From positions 38,055-102,054 of the forward strand of contig JANQMA010000050.1 in NCBI GenBank assembly GCA_028280285.1: a DNA stretch of 64,000 nucleotides, written 5' to 3'. Below are positions 41,307-51,236 of the stretch, piece by piece. The DNA comes from Candidatus Omnitrophota bacterium (lineage in GTDB: Bacteria > Omnitrophota > Gorgyraeia > Zapsychrales > Zapsychraceae). Position numbers and translations under genes: made by a program. The notes beneath the pieces are model-generated. The model did not search any database. It was not told the DNA's origin and saw only the letters and a program-made list of their open reading frames with translations. Position 1 is the first letter of the stretch. Each line of letters opens with the position of its first letter.

Positions 41307-42392
41307 ATGAAAATTGCCGTTATCCATGCAACAGCAGGCGCAGGCCACTTAAAGGCTGCCGAAGCTGTCTACTATGGTATACAGAAGTATACCAACCATG
41401 ATGTCAAAATAATCGATGCACTTGATCATTGCAGTCCATTATTTAGAAAACTCTATGCAGGCACCTATGTTATGCTGGTAAGCCACATCCCGCGCATATG
41501 GGGTTTTGCCTTTGGTCTTGTCGATATTCCTTTCTTACAGGGTTTGATGCTTTGGGCCCGCGGTATTTATAATCACATGAATATGGGAAAGCTTGAGCAG
41601 CTTCTCATCGACCGTCAGTTCGATTATGTGATCGTGACGCATTTTATGCCGACGGAAATTGTTTCCCGACTTAAAGAACAGAAAAAGATTAAATCAAAAC
41701 TGATTACCTGTGTGACAGACTATGATGTGCACCGCATTTGGTATGCCAAGAATGTTGATCGGTATTGTGTGGCAACCGACTGGACCAAAAAGAAATGTGC
41801 GGCGATCGGTATACCGGACACAAAGGTGCAAGTGACAGGAATTCCAACCAATGAACTTTTTTCCGCCGCCTACGACGTCGGAGAACTTAAGGCCCAAATG
41901 AGTCTGGAGGATAACAAATTTACTGTGCTTGTGGCGACCGGTTCTTTTGGGATCGGTCCGATTGAAGAAATTATCCAAGAGCTGCCGGACTTTCAGGTCG
42001 TGGTTGTTTGCGGGCATAATCAATCGCTTTATAAGACATTGATGGAGAAGAAATATAAAAACGCCAAAGTATTCGGTTTGGTTGATAATATGCATGAGCT
42101 TATGGCTATTTCTAATGCTATGGTGACCAAACCCGGCGGGCTTTCGATTTCCGAGGCCCTTGTTATGCAACTTCCGCTTATCTTTTTTAATCCAATCCCA
42201 GGTCAAGAAACAAATAATATCCGCGTTTTACATGAATATGGTGTCGGTATAAGCAGCACAAGCATTGCGCATATCGCCCGGGAACTTGATAAACTACGTA
42301 CATCACAGGACGCGCATACGACCACACTGATGAAAACCAAAGAAGTAGGCCGTCCTTTCGCTGTTAAAGACATAGTCAACCTAACTCAATGA
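41307..42392 (+). CDS. GT28 glycosyltransferase (MGDG synthase / UgtP-like)
   Basis: MKIAVIHATAGAGHLKAAEAV N-terminus and the C-terminal GT28 domain. Confidence 0.7.
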   Translation: MKIAVIHATAGAGHLKAAEAVYYGIQKYTNHDVKIIDALDHCSPLFRKLYAGTYVMLVSHIPRIWGFAFGLVDIPFLQGLMLWARGIYNHMNMGKLEQLLIDRQFDYVIVTHFMPTEIVSRLKEQKKIKSKLITCVTDYDVHRIWYAKNVDRYCVATDWTKKKCAAIGIPDTKVQVTGIPTNELFSAAYDVGELKAQMSLEDNKFTVLVATGSFGIGPIEEIIQELPDFQVVVVCGHNQSLYKTLMEKKYKNAKVFGLVDNMHELMAISNAMVTKPGGLSISEALVMQLPLIFFNPIPGQETNNIRVLHEYGVGISSTSIAHIARELDKLRTSQDAHTTTLMKTKEVGRPFAVKDIVNLTQ

Positions 42393-44089
42393 ACAAAACA
42401 ATCGCTTTAGTTGTCGTCGGATTGCCGCTGGATAAGCATTTCGACTATGCTGTGCCCGCTACCATGCAGGCTCAAGTCGAAATCGGCTCACGCGTGCGCA
42501 TTGTCTTTGCCCGTCGTAAAACAGTAGGATATGTCATCGGTTTTCAATCTAAATCAAGCTTTTCTAAAATCAGTTCTATTTTGGAAGTGATTGACGATAA
42601 ACCGGTTTTGGACGACAATGATCTTGCCCTGGCACGCCAGCTGCGTGATTATTACGGTTGTTCCTTAGGGGAGGCCATCGAGGCAGGACTTTCGCCGCAT
42701 TTAAAAAGGGGGCGTAAAGGTCTTATTTACACGCGGGACAAAGTCAGCACAAAAAAACCAAAGCATGCGCTTATTTACGGTCTTAATGACAGTGATAAAA
42801 AGTGGAAAAGCTTTAATGATGTATTAACTAAAAAAATTAAAGCCGGCCAAAGTGTCCTTATTTTGCTTCCCGAAAAATTTTTGATTGAACAAACGGTTGG
42901 ACGTATTGATGCCGATCTTACTCAATTCATTGTCTCTATGGATCGTAAACTGAAGTCCGCCGAGCTTGATGCGTACGCCGAGCGTCTAAGCGGCAAAAAA
43001 CCAATAATACTTATTGGTATGCGTTCATGTGTCTTTAGCCGGATTAACAATTTAGGACTTATTGTTGTGCTTGATGAAGCCAGTAGTTCATATAAGGAAG
43101 AACAGTCGCCGCATTATCATGCGCGCGAAGTTGTCTTTATGCGTTCAGAACAAGAGTCGATCGATACGCTTTGGATTAGTTTGCTTCCGAGTGTGGAGTT
43201 GTGGTATTGGGCGCAAGAGCGCGACTGGAAAATCACACATATCGACGACGGTGTGCTTGGACAAGTCAAAGTGATCGATATGATGAATTATAATCCGGAA
43301 AAGCGTTTGTCGCTCTCGGCGCCGGTGCAAAATGATATTAAAAAGACATTAGAGACAAACGGTCAGATAGCGATTATTGTTAATCAACGTGATTTTGTTC
43401 CCTTTAAAGAAAGTGAAGAGGTCCCGGCAAAAAGAAGCAAGGTTGAGCGTTTGACCTATTTGGTTGAATGTATGAATGAAGGGGTGAAGGTGAGTTATTT
43501 TGGGCCTGGGCAAAGGTGTTCGAAAAAGGCACATGTTATTATTGCGACGCCAACAGTGCTTAAAGAAAAATGGTTTAGTCCGGATTTAATTGTTATTGCT
43601 AATTTCGATACCATGGTCAGCCCTTTTGATTTTCGCGCGTCTCATAAAGCCTTTCAGTTTGTTACGCAGCTCAAGTTATTAAATGTAAAGGTTGTCGTTC
43701 AGACATTTATGGCGGATCATTTTATTGTTAAGGCTCTTAGGGCGAAGTTCTATCAGAACTATTATCAGGAAGAACTTAAGCATCGGTTTGAGCTCGGTTA
43801 TCCGCCGTTTAATCATATTATTACCTATTCTTCCCGGGCGAATGATGAAGAAAAGCTTAACGGGTATATGAGCGATGTTTACGCGGCGCTCTACCGGCAG
43901 AAGGCAAATGATTTGGAGATGATCGAGCCTTTTGCGGATCATAGTGCGCGGTTGAAAGAGGATTTTCGCTACACTATAATGCTTAAGTCAAAAGAGGTCC
44001 GACCGACGGTGGATTTTTTGAAGAAAGAGATTAAGCAGGTGAAAAAGCCGGCGCGGTTTAAAGCGACGATTGATGTGGATCCGTATTAA
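42389..44089 (+). CDS. priA: PriA homolog with degenerate Walker A and loss of the Cys-rich zinc-binding region (probably ATPase/helicase-dead)
   Basis: Collinear with PriA (3'BD N-terminus, LIVVLDEASSSYKEE Walker B region, C-terminal VDVDPY). The GxxGSGKT position reads GLNDSDKK. No CxxC pairs where PriA has four. Length 566 aa versus ~730. Confidence 0.6.
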   Translation: MNKTIALVVVGLPLDKHFDYAVPATMQAQVEIGSRVRIVFARRKTVGYVIGFQSKSSFSKISSILEVIDDKPVLDDNDLALARQLRDYYGCSLGEAIEAGLSPHLKRGRKGLIYTRDKVSTKKPKHALIYGLNDSDKKWKSFNDVLTKKIKAGQSVLILLPEKFLIEQTVGRIDADLTQFIVSMDRKLKSAELDAYAERLSGKKPIILIGMRSCVFSRINNLGLIVVLDEASSSYKEEQSPHYHAREVVFMRSEQESIDTLWISLLPSVELWYWAQERDWKITHIDDGVLGQVKVIDMMNYNPEKRLSLSAPVQNDIKKTLETNGQIAIIVNQRDFVPFKESEEVPAKRSKVERLTYLVECMNEGVKVSYFGPGQRCSKKAHVIIATPTVLKEKWFSPDLIVIANFDTMVSPFDFRASHKAFQFVTQLKLLNVKVVVQTFMADHFIVKALRAKFYQNYYQEELKHRFELGYPPFNHIITYSSRANDEEKLNGYMSDVYAALYRQKANDLEMIEPFADHSARLKEDFRYTIMLKSKEVRPTVDFLKKEIKQVKKPARFKATIDVDPY

Positions 44090-44094
44090 TAATT

Positions 44095-44352
44095 AAAAAG
44101 TGAGAAATAAAAAGTAAAAAAGAAAATTTAGAATTAAAATAAATTAAAAAATAAAAATGATAATTGGTAGTTAGTAATTTGTAATTGGTATTTAAATAAT
44201 AAAAATCAAGACCTTTGAAAATAACATTATATATTTTTACTTTTTTTAAGACCTTTTCTGTTAAAACCAAATACTAATTACCAATTACTAAATACGATTT
44301 TAAATTTTTAATTTATTTAACTTTTTCATTTTCTTTTTTATTTTTTACTTTT
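44095..44352. repeat. Large AT-rich heptad palindrome (~260 bp)
   Basis: aattggtagttagtaatttgtaattggtatt mirrored by aatactaattaccaattactaaatac; the outer A/T arms are also mirrored. Confidence 0.6.
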
Positions 44353-44368
44353 CAATTCTCAATTAACT

Positions 44369-45304
44369 ATGAAGATTATATTTTTCGGTTCAGATGACTT
44401 TGCAGCCGCACACCTAAAGGCGCTTTTGGCGTCGGATAATGATGTGGTGGCCGTTGTCACTCAGCCCGACCGGCCGAAAGGGCGGGGGATGAAGGTGGTT
44501 GAGTCACCCATTAAACAGATCGGCGTGAAACACACGCTCGATGTGCTTCAGCCTACCGCGTTTGATGCCGCAGTTATTGATCAGCTTAAAAGCTATGACG
44601 CCGATTATTTTGTGGTGATTGCTTATGGGCGGATATTGCCCAAGGAAGTTTTGGATATTCCTTTGAAGGCGCCGATTAATGTGCATGGTTCGCTTTTGCC
44701 GAAGTTGCGTGGCGCCGCGCCAATTAACTGGGCGGTAATCAATGGCGATAAGGTGACCGGTTTAACGGTCATGCTTATGAACGAAAGAATGGATGCGGGG
44801 GATATCCTGGGCCAACATTCGATTACGATTGGCGCGGAAGAAACGGCAGAGGAGGTAAGAGAGCGGATGATGACCGAAGGCCCGGCGTTTTTGGTTGAAA
44901 CGCTTGCCAAATTTACCGATGGTTCGATTACACCGGTTGCGCAAGATGAAAAGCAAGTCACCTATGCGGCAAAGCTTGATAAATCGCTTGGCGTGATCGA
45001 CTGGCAAAAGAGCGCCAAAGAAATTAATAATCTTGTACGCGGTCTAACACCATGGCCTAAAGCGTACACTTCTTATCAAGGCAAGCAGCTTAAGATTTTA
45101 AAAACCTCGGTGGTTGAATATTGCGATAAAGAGGCGTGCGGGACGGTCATCGAAGTGCAAAAAGAAGGATTTCTCGTGCAGACGGGCAAGAACGCGCTTC
45201 TCGTTGAGTGCGTCCATCTTCAAGACGGCAAGCCTATGGATGCCGCCAGCTTCCTGCGCGGCCATGCGCTTGAGACTGGCTTTGTGTTTGAGGGAAAAAA
45301 TTAA
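44369..45304 (+). CDS. fmt: Methionyl-tRNA formyltransferase
   Basis: KIIFFGSDDFAAAHLKAL...VVTQPDRPKGRG and SLLP motif. Confidence 0.9.
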   Translation: MKIIFFGSDDFAAAHLKALLASDNDVVAVVTQPDRPKGRGMKVVESPIKQIGVKHTLDVLQPTAFDAAVIDQLKSYDADYFVVIAYGRILPKEVLDIPLKAPINVHGSLLPKLRGAAPINWAVINGDKVTGLTVMLMNERMDAGDILGQHSITIGAEETAEEVRERMMTEGPAFLVETLAKFTDGSITPVAQDEKQVTYAAKLDKSLGVIDWQKSAKEINNLVRGLTPWPKAYTSYQGKQLKILKTSVVEYCDKEACGTVIEVQKEGFLVQTGKNALLVECVHLQDGKPMDAASFLRGHALETGFVFEGKN

Positions 45305-45307
45305 TTA

Positions 45308-45331
45308 TTCGCCTCGAGGCGGGTTGTATTT
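45308..45331 (+). terminator. Putative terminator after fmt
   Basis: Hairpin CGCCTCGAGGCG followed by GGTTGTATTT. Confidence 0.4.
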
Positions 45332-45340
45332 AGAAAAACG

Positions 45341-45376
45341 TAAAAAAATAATGTGGGGACGCCATTTATGGCGTCC
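45341..45376 (-). terminator. Rho-independent terminator for the minus-strand island genes
   Basis: Hairpin GGACGCCATAAATGGCGTCC followed by CCACATTATTTTTTTA on the minus strand. Confidence 0.55.
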
Positions 45377-45458
45377 TGAAATGTTGATAATTTAGGATTC
45401 CATAAATGAAACCCCTACGGCCAACTCGAACCGATAAATATCAAAATTCTACTACCTA

Positions 45459-45878
45459 TTAATCCCGGACATCTGTATAAATGAAATCATTATAAGAAAG
45501 GTTTGTTTTTCCAAGCAAATCTTTTCTCATAGCTTTCACAATGTTACCTATTGCCTCTCTACCTTTCTCAGTATCTGGTTTTGTTCCTTTTGAATCGATA
45601 ACTAATTTAACCATATAATTTATGGCCTTAACGACATCATCGGAACAATACAGCCAAGATCTGTATTGTTCATCAAAAAATTTTCTTTTTAAATCGCTCG
45701 ATGCTGTTTTACCAATAAAAGATTTAAGCAAAACAAGCAAATTCGCATATTTTTCTTCCTTAAAACGTAACATCGCTTCGCTTCTTTTTGTCTTTATTGT
45801 AAAATGATATGTTACATAAGAACTTACCAGCCCTGCAACCAAAGGTCCTAAAAATAAAAAAATATCTCCCAAAATCAT
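45459..45878 (-). CDS. Hypothetical membrane-anchored protein
   Basis: ORF with an N-terminal TM helix; co-oriented with the KilA-N gene. Confidence 0.4.
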   Translation of the reverse strand: MILGDIFLFLGPLVAGLVSSYVTYHFTIKTKRSEAMLRFKEEKYANLLVLLKSFIGKTASSDLKRKFFDEQYRSWLYCSDDVVKAINYMVKLVIDSKGTKPDTEKGREAIGNIVKAMRKDLLGKTNLSYNDFIYTDVRD

Positions 45879-45903
45879 TTCTCCTAATTGAAAAGCTGTA
45901 AAT

Positions 45904-46722
45904 CTATTTTAGTTTTTTTACATCCTTATTGCTCAGTAATGATTTCATTTGAGTGATGGCTAACTGATTCAATTGTTGAAGTCGCTCTTCTTGTTCCACT
46001 TCCTGACCAATCAGCATGGCGTTAATGCTTTCTAAATTAGTCATGACAACCAATTGCTCCAGAGCGGCATGATCTCTAATATTTCCTTTTTTATCTGGAT
46101 TTTCTTTGCGCCACTCTTGAGCGGTTTTCCCGAATAGAGCTGCATTCAGTAAATCTGCTTCATTAGCATAAATGAAATTTATTCTTTCTTTTGATATTTT
46201 AGGAGGTATTAAATTCTCTTTAATAGCATCGGTATGAATATGGTAATTAATTTTAGCTAAAGTTCTTTGCAAATCCCATTCAAGCTTTTTGGTTTTACTT
46301 TCTTGTTCTTTTAATCGTTGAAATTCCTTAACCAGGTATATTTTAAATTCCGCGCTAATCCACATGCCAAATTCAAAGGCAATGTCTTTATGGGCATATG
46401 TGCCGCCATATCGACCTGCCTGAGCATGTAGACCGATTGCTTTGGTCTTTTCGACCCATTCTTTGACGCTTATTTTATAATTGTTAAGCCCTGCCTGACT
46501 TTTAATTATGGCGAATCCGCCATAATTAAAATCTGGATTATGTATCTTTTCCCAAATCCCGAGATATTCGACAGTATTTCTATTTCTCAGCCAATCGGAA
46601 ATAAAAAAATTTCCATCTTTTGCCTTTATCATATCTGTCAGCGAGATAAAGTCTTGATTATTTTTTGTGAAAAGGTGGATTTTGGATCCCTTAACCTCAA
46701 TAATTTGATTTTCATTTTTCAT
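45904..46722 (-). CDS. KilA-N domain protein (phage-associated DNA-binding)
   Basis: N-terminus IIEVKGSKIHLFTKNNQDFISLTDMIKAKDG...WLRNRNT resembles KilA-N/APSES. Confidence 0.55.
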   Translation of the reverse strand: MKNENQIIEVKGSKIHLFTKNNQDFISLTDMIKAKDGNFFISDWLRNRNTVEYLGIWEKIHNPDFNYGGFAIIKSQAGLNNYKISVKEWVEKTKAIGLHAQAGRYGGTYAHKDIAFEFGMWISAEFKIYLVKEFQRLKEQESKTKKLEWDLQRTLAKINYHIHTDAIKENLIPPKISKERINFIYANEADLLNAALFGKTAQEWRKENPDKKGNIRDHAALEQLVVMTNLESINAMLIGQEVEQEERLQQLNQLAITQMKSLLSNKDVKKLK

Positions 46723-46754
46723 ATGTAAATTTTCTATTTTTGCAAAAAATTTGG

Positions 46755-47138
46755 CTATTCTTCTAACTTTCCCAACAACTCACTAAAAGCAGGGTAGTAG
46801 AGGTCGAGGATATGGACATGGATTTGTTTGATGGCTTCCTGACTGTAGATGTGGACGGTTTTGTTGCGGTCATCGATCATCTGTAAGAAAAGATTTTCAT
46901 CTTCAATGATTCCATCGTTAAAAGCTTCTTTAAAGACGTCTTTGGGATATCTTAGGTCTTTGCCTTTTTCCTTATAATAGAGCTTTAATGTTTTCCAGCA
47001 CAGCTCGTAGGTAAACTCGAACCGCTTGATTGCGCTGTCGCGTAAGATATCGGTCAAAGGCTCCTGCTCAATGACTTCTTTGAGCCGGTCGTAGGCCGCT
47101 TGCCATTTTTCATACGATATTTCGAATTCATTTTTCAT
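46755..47138 (-). CDS. HEPN-domain nucleotidyltransferase substrate-binding protein (HI0074 family), putative toxin/antitoxin partner
   Basis: HI0074-like fold signature FEFTYELCWKTLKLY...NKTVHIY. Confidence 0.65.
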   Translation of the reverse strand: MKNEFEISYEKWQAAYDRLKEVIEQEPLTDILRDSAIKRFEFTYELCWKTLKLYYKEKGKDLRYPKDVFKEAFNDGIIEDENLFLQMIDDRNKTVHIYSQEAIKQIHVHILDLYYPAFSELLGKLEE

Positions 47139-47424
47139 AAATTACCTTCCCCTGGCTAAGGACTAGTTTACGAAAATCCTCTTCGACATCATCTAAATAA
47201 ATAATATCCATTTGATAAAGGCCGATCACGTTTTCCAGATCGTCTTCTAGGTTTTTTTGAATGTCAAAATGTGGCTTTGTGCCGGTAACGGCAATATCAA
47301 AATCAGAGCCTGTGCGGTGCGTGTCTTTACTGCGGGAGCCGAAGAGATAAACGGTTTGTGGATCTATATGTTCTTTTAAGATAGCGATGGTGTGATTTAA
47401 GATTTCTTGCTCACGTTCAGTCAT
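47128..47424 (-). CDS. Minimal nucleotidyltransferase (MNT), partner of the HEPN protein
   Basis: LFGSRSKDTHRTGSDFDIAV (GS...DxD); overlaps the HEPN gene by 11 nt. Start taken at MTEREQEI; the track start translates the operator palindrome. Confidence 0.65.
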   Translation of the reverse strand: MTEREQEILNHTIAILKEHIDPQTVYLFGSRSKDTHRTGSDFDIAVTGTKPHFDIQKNLEDDLENVIGLYQMDIIYLDDVEEDFRKLVLSQGKVIYEK

Positions 47425-47435
47425 TGTAAAATAGT

Positions 47436-47481
47436 TAAGGGACGTATGCCTAATAATAATTATTAGGCGCACGTCCCTTTA
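47436..47481. promoter_or_regulatory. Near-perfect 46-bp palindrome upstream of the MNT/HEPN pair (putative autoregulatory operator; may double as the gap terminator)
   Basis: agggacgtatgcctaataat | aattattaggcgcacgtccct. Confidence 0.5.
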
Positions 47482-47485
47482 TATT

Positions 47486-48523
<1,038 letters not shown>

Positions 48524-48640
48524 CTAAATTGTGATTTAAAAATAATAAGATGTATAAGATAAACCTCAGCGGGAAAAATGTCAAGGTAATTGTGACAGAG
48601 CTTTTGCTCGCTTTTTTCTTATATGTGGATATAATGTCTA

Positions 48641-48673
48641 AATAAAAAAGGGCCAGGATTTTTGTCCTGGCCC
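48641..48673 (-). terminator. Strong intrinsic terminator on the minus strand inside the gap / DUF2237 divergent intergenic region
   Basis: GGGCCAGGA-caaaaa-TCCTGGCCC followed by TTTTTTATTT on the minus strand, ~140 nt upstream of the gap ATG and upstream of a TTGACA-like gap promoter. Confidence 0.5.
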
Positions 48674-48754
48674 GCTTTGAAGCTCTGAGCATTCACTCGC
48701 AGGTAATATAAGTATACATACATATAACTCTTTTTCAAGCAATTTAGAGCCCTG

Positions 48755-49144
48755 ATGACTGACCAAAAAAATGTATTAGGAGAGGTGCTTAAGCCATGCT
48801 GTAAGTTTCCGATGACCGGATTTGTCCGCGACGGCTATTGCCGTCTTCATCCGCAAGATGCGGGTGAGCACACGGTTTGCATCGAAGTGACCGAAGAATT
48901 CCTCGCCTTTTCCAAAGCAGCCGGCAATGATCTTTCCACCGCCATGCCGGAATATGATTTTCCCGGCCTTATTGCCGGTGACCGCTGGTGTTTATGTGCC
49001 TTACGCTGGGTCGAGGCCTATAATGCCGGGGCCGCTCCCAAGGTTGTTCTATCGGCGACCCACGAATCCCTTCTTCAATATGTCCCTATGGAAACCCTCA
49101 ACAACTTTGCCGTTGATGAACAAGAGGGTTTGAACAAGCTTTAA
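48755..49144 (+). CDS. DUF2237 family protein
   Basis: NVLGE.L.PCC..PMTGF.RDGYC...D.G.HTVC..VT.EFL.FSK..GNDL...FPGL..GDRWCLCA.RW pattern. Confidence 0.55.
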   Translation: MTDQKNVLGEVLKPCCKFPMTGFVRDGYCRLHPQDAGEHTVCIEVTEEFLAFSKAAGNDLSTAMPEYDFPGLIAGDRWCLCALRWVEAYNAGAAPKVVLSATHESLLQYVPMETLNNFAVDEQEGLNKL

Positions 49145-49251
49145 AATAATTAAGTAATGTGTCCCCTTAATTCATGTTGATTATTTTTCCATATCGTGTA
49201 TGATAGGGGCACTGTCAAGCACGGTTGTAAATCGTTATAACTCCTTACTTT

Positions 49252-51126
49252 ATGTTTATTTTACGGATATCTTTCTTTTCTCTGATTTTTCTGTTGATTG
49301 GCGAAAATCTGGCGTATGCCCAAGAAGATGAGCCTGTTGTTGTTTCTGAATATGAGACCGTCATTGTATCGGCTAAACGCATTGCCTCATTGAAAAGGAA
49401 CCTTGCGGAAAATACGATTGTCTTTACGGCAAGCGACATTGAGCAATTACCCGCCCGGGATTTAAGTGAATTATTGACCTATATGCCCGGAATCGACAGC
49501 CAGCTCAATGGTCAATTCGGTCAATCCACGTCATTATCCATTAATGGATCTTCGGCCCGGCAAGTTTTACTCATGGTCGATGGCATTCCCTTTAATACAC
49601 AGCTTTCTGGTCAGGCCAGCCCAACACAAATTCCCCTTGAACATATCGAGCGGGTCGAACTCATTAAAGGCGCCTCATCAAGTGCCTGGGGCTCAGGCCT
49701 TGGGGGTGTAGTGAATGTCATCACCAAAGATGTTGGTGATACCAAAGTACCCCGGGGAACGTATACCACATCCTACGCGGAATTCGCCACAACAAAAAAC
49801 AGTTTAAGTTTGTCAGGAGCATTGAAGGAATTTGGTTACTTTCTTTCGGGCAGTTATTTTAGAACGAATGGCATTTTAGATGTATCAGATGTTGAAGAAA
49901 AAAAGTTTTTTGGAAAATTAAAATATGATTTAAACGATCAAGCCGCGCTTACAGGATCTTTCGGGTATAGCGGGGCGGATGTATTTTATGGTGTTTCACC
50001 GACCGGAACATTGAGCCATCAGCCTTATAACACAAGGTATGGCAAGTTTAAATATGATTTTAACAATGACAATTTCCGGTTTGATATCGCTTATAAATAT
50101 AATGATCAGACTTTTACCACCAATACACTAAACCCTACAACAAAGGCTGTGACGTTTGCCACGATTAATTCAAATAAGTATCATGGGTTAAGCCTAAATG
50201 GAAGCACTGTGTTGTTTGATGATCATGTGCTTGTTTTCGGGTCTGATTTTGATTGGCATATATTAAAATCAAATAATTTTTTATCCTCATCAAAAAGCAT
50301 CAGCATGCAGGCACCGTATGTAAACTACACTCTTCCGTGGAATAATTTTGATTTTATCGGCGGGCTGAGGCATGACCACAATCAACAGTTTGGTTCACAA
50401 ACCAGTCCCAGTTTAGGTGTTGTGTATGATTTTAAGGATACCCGTGATTCAGTTGTGCGTGGAAAAATTTCAAGGGCATTTAATGCACCGCCGCTTTTGT
50501 GGATTTATAATCAAGATACAGCTTTTAAAATTAACCCTAATCCTGATTTAAAAGCAGAAAAAGGTATTTTGTATGAGCTTGGATTTGATACAAAGCTTAC
50601 ATCTGCGTTGGATTTTAAATTAAGCCTTTATCGAACAGATGTTAAGGATGCTATTGCACGGGTCGTAGACTCTTCCACATTTTTTTCAACTCAAGAAAAC
50701 TTTGAAAAATTCCGGCGCCAAGGCGGGCAGCTTCTGCTCGATTATAAAATTACCGATGAGATCACATTTTATGGAAGCGGTGCGTTTAATGATGTTGAGA
50801 ACCGGGCAACGGGTGAAACAGTAAGGGATCAGGGCATTGCCCGGCAGCGCTACACATTCGGTTTACGCTATGGCGATAAAAAAGGATGGCGTGCGCATCT
50901 ATCCGGCTATTATAACCGCTGGTCCTCTTCACCGTCGCTTGAGCCGAATGACCGTAAACCTATTTTTAATTTGCGGATCACAAAAGAATTTAAAAATGTT
51001 CAAGATAATATAGATGTAGAGGCATTTCTTTCCATCCATAATCTTACCAATCGCCAATACTGGTCAAGCAAAACCTTTCCTCTGGCCGAAAAATATATTG
51101 AGGGCGGGGTGTCATTGAGGTGGTAA
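49252..51126 (+). CDS. TonB-dependent outer-membrane receptor
   Basis: Signal peptide, TonB box/plug (ETVIVSAKR...), beta-barrel ending in aromatic W. Confidence 0.8.
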   Translation: MFILRISFFSLIFLLIGENLAYAQEDEPVVVSEYETVIVSAKRIASLKRNLAENTIVFTASDIEQLPARDLSELLTYMPGIDSQLNGQFGQSTSLSINGSSARQVLLMVDGIPFNTQLSGQASPTQIPLEHIERVELIKGASSSAWGSGLGGVVNVITKDVGDTKVPRGTYTTSYAEFATTKNSLSLSGALKEFGYFLSGSYFRTNGILDVSDVEEKKFFGKLKYDLNDQAALTGSFGYSGADVFYGVSPTGTLSHQPYNTRYGKFKYDFNNDNFRFDIAYKYNDQTFTTNTLNPTTKAVTFATINSNKYHGLSLNGSTVLFDDHVLVFGSDFDWHILKSNNFLSSSKSISMQAPYVNYTLPWNNFDFIGGLRHDHNQQFGSQTSPSLGVVYDFKDTRDSVVRGKISRAFNAPPLLWIYNQDTAFKINPNPDLKAEKGILYELGFDTKLTSALDFKLSLYRTDVKDAIARVVDSSTFFSTQENFEKFRRQGGQLLLDYKITDEITFYGSGAFNDVENRATGETVRDQGIARQRYTFGLRYGDKKGWRAHLSGYYNRWSSSPSLEPNDRKPIFNLRITKEFKNVQDNIDVEAFLSIHNLTNRQYWSSKTFPLAEKYIEGGVSLRW

Positions 51127-51236
51127 CCGTAAATGATAAAATGGGTGAAAAATGTCAGTTTTAGGATCCATAATGTCATTTAAATTAGTTTAATGCTGGT
51201 TTAAAGTGCGCTCTCGCTAGTTAATCATTCCTACTT

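Noticed and set aside
45395-45425. tRNA-like T-arm fragment (ggttcgagttgg on the minus strand) that could mark a tRNA-targeted integration site for the KilA-N/HEPN islet
   Set aside because: The T-loop and stem do not pair canonically (no G53-C61 closure, no acceptor/CCA context). Most likely chance.
49145-49251. Possible Fur/iron box upstream of the TonB-dependent receptor (tgattatttttc)
   Set aside because: There is only a weak partial match to the GATAATGATAATCATTATC consensus, not convincing without a PWM score.
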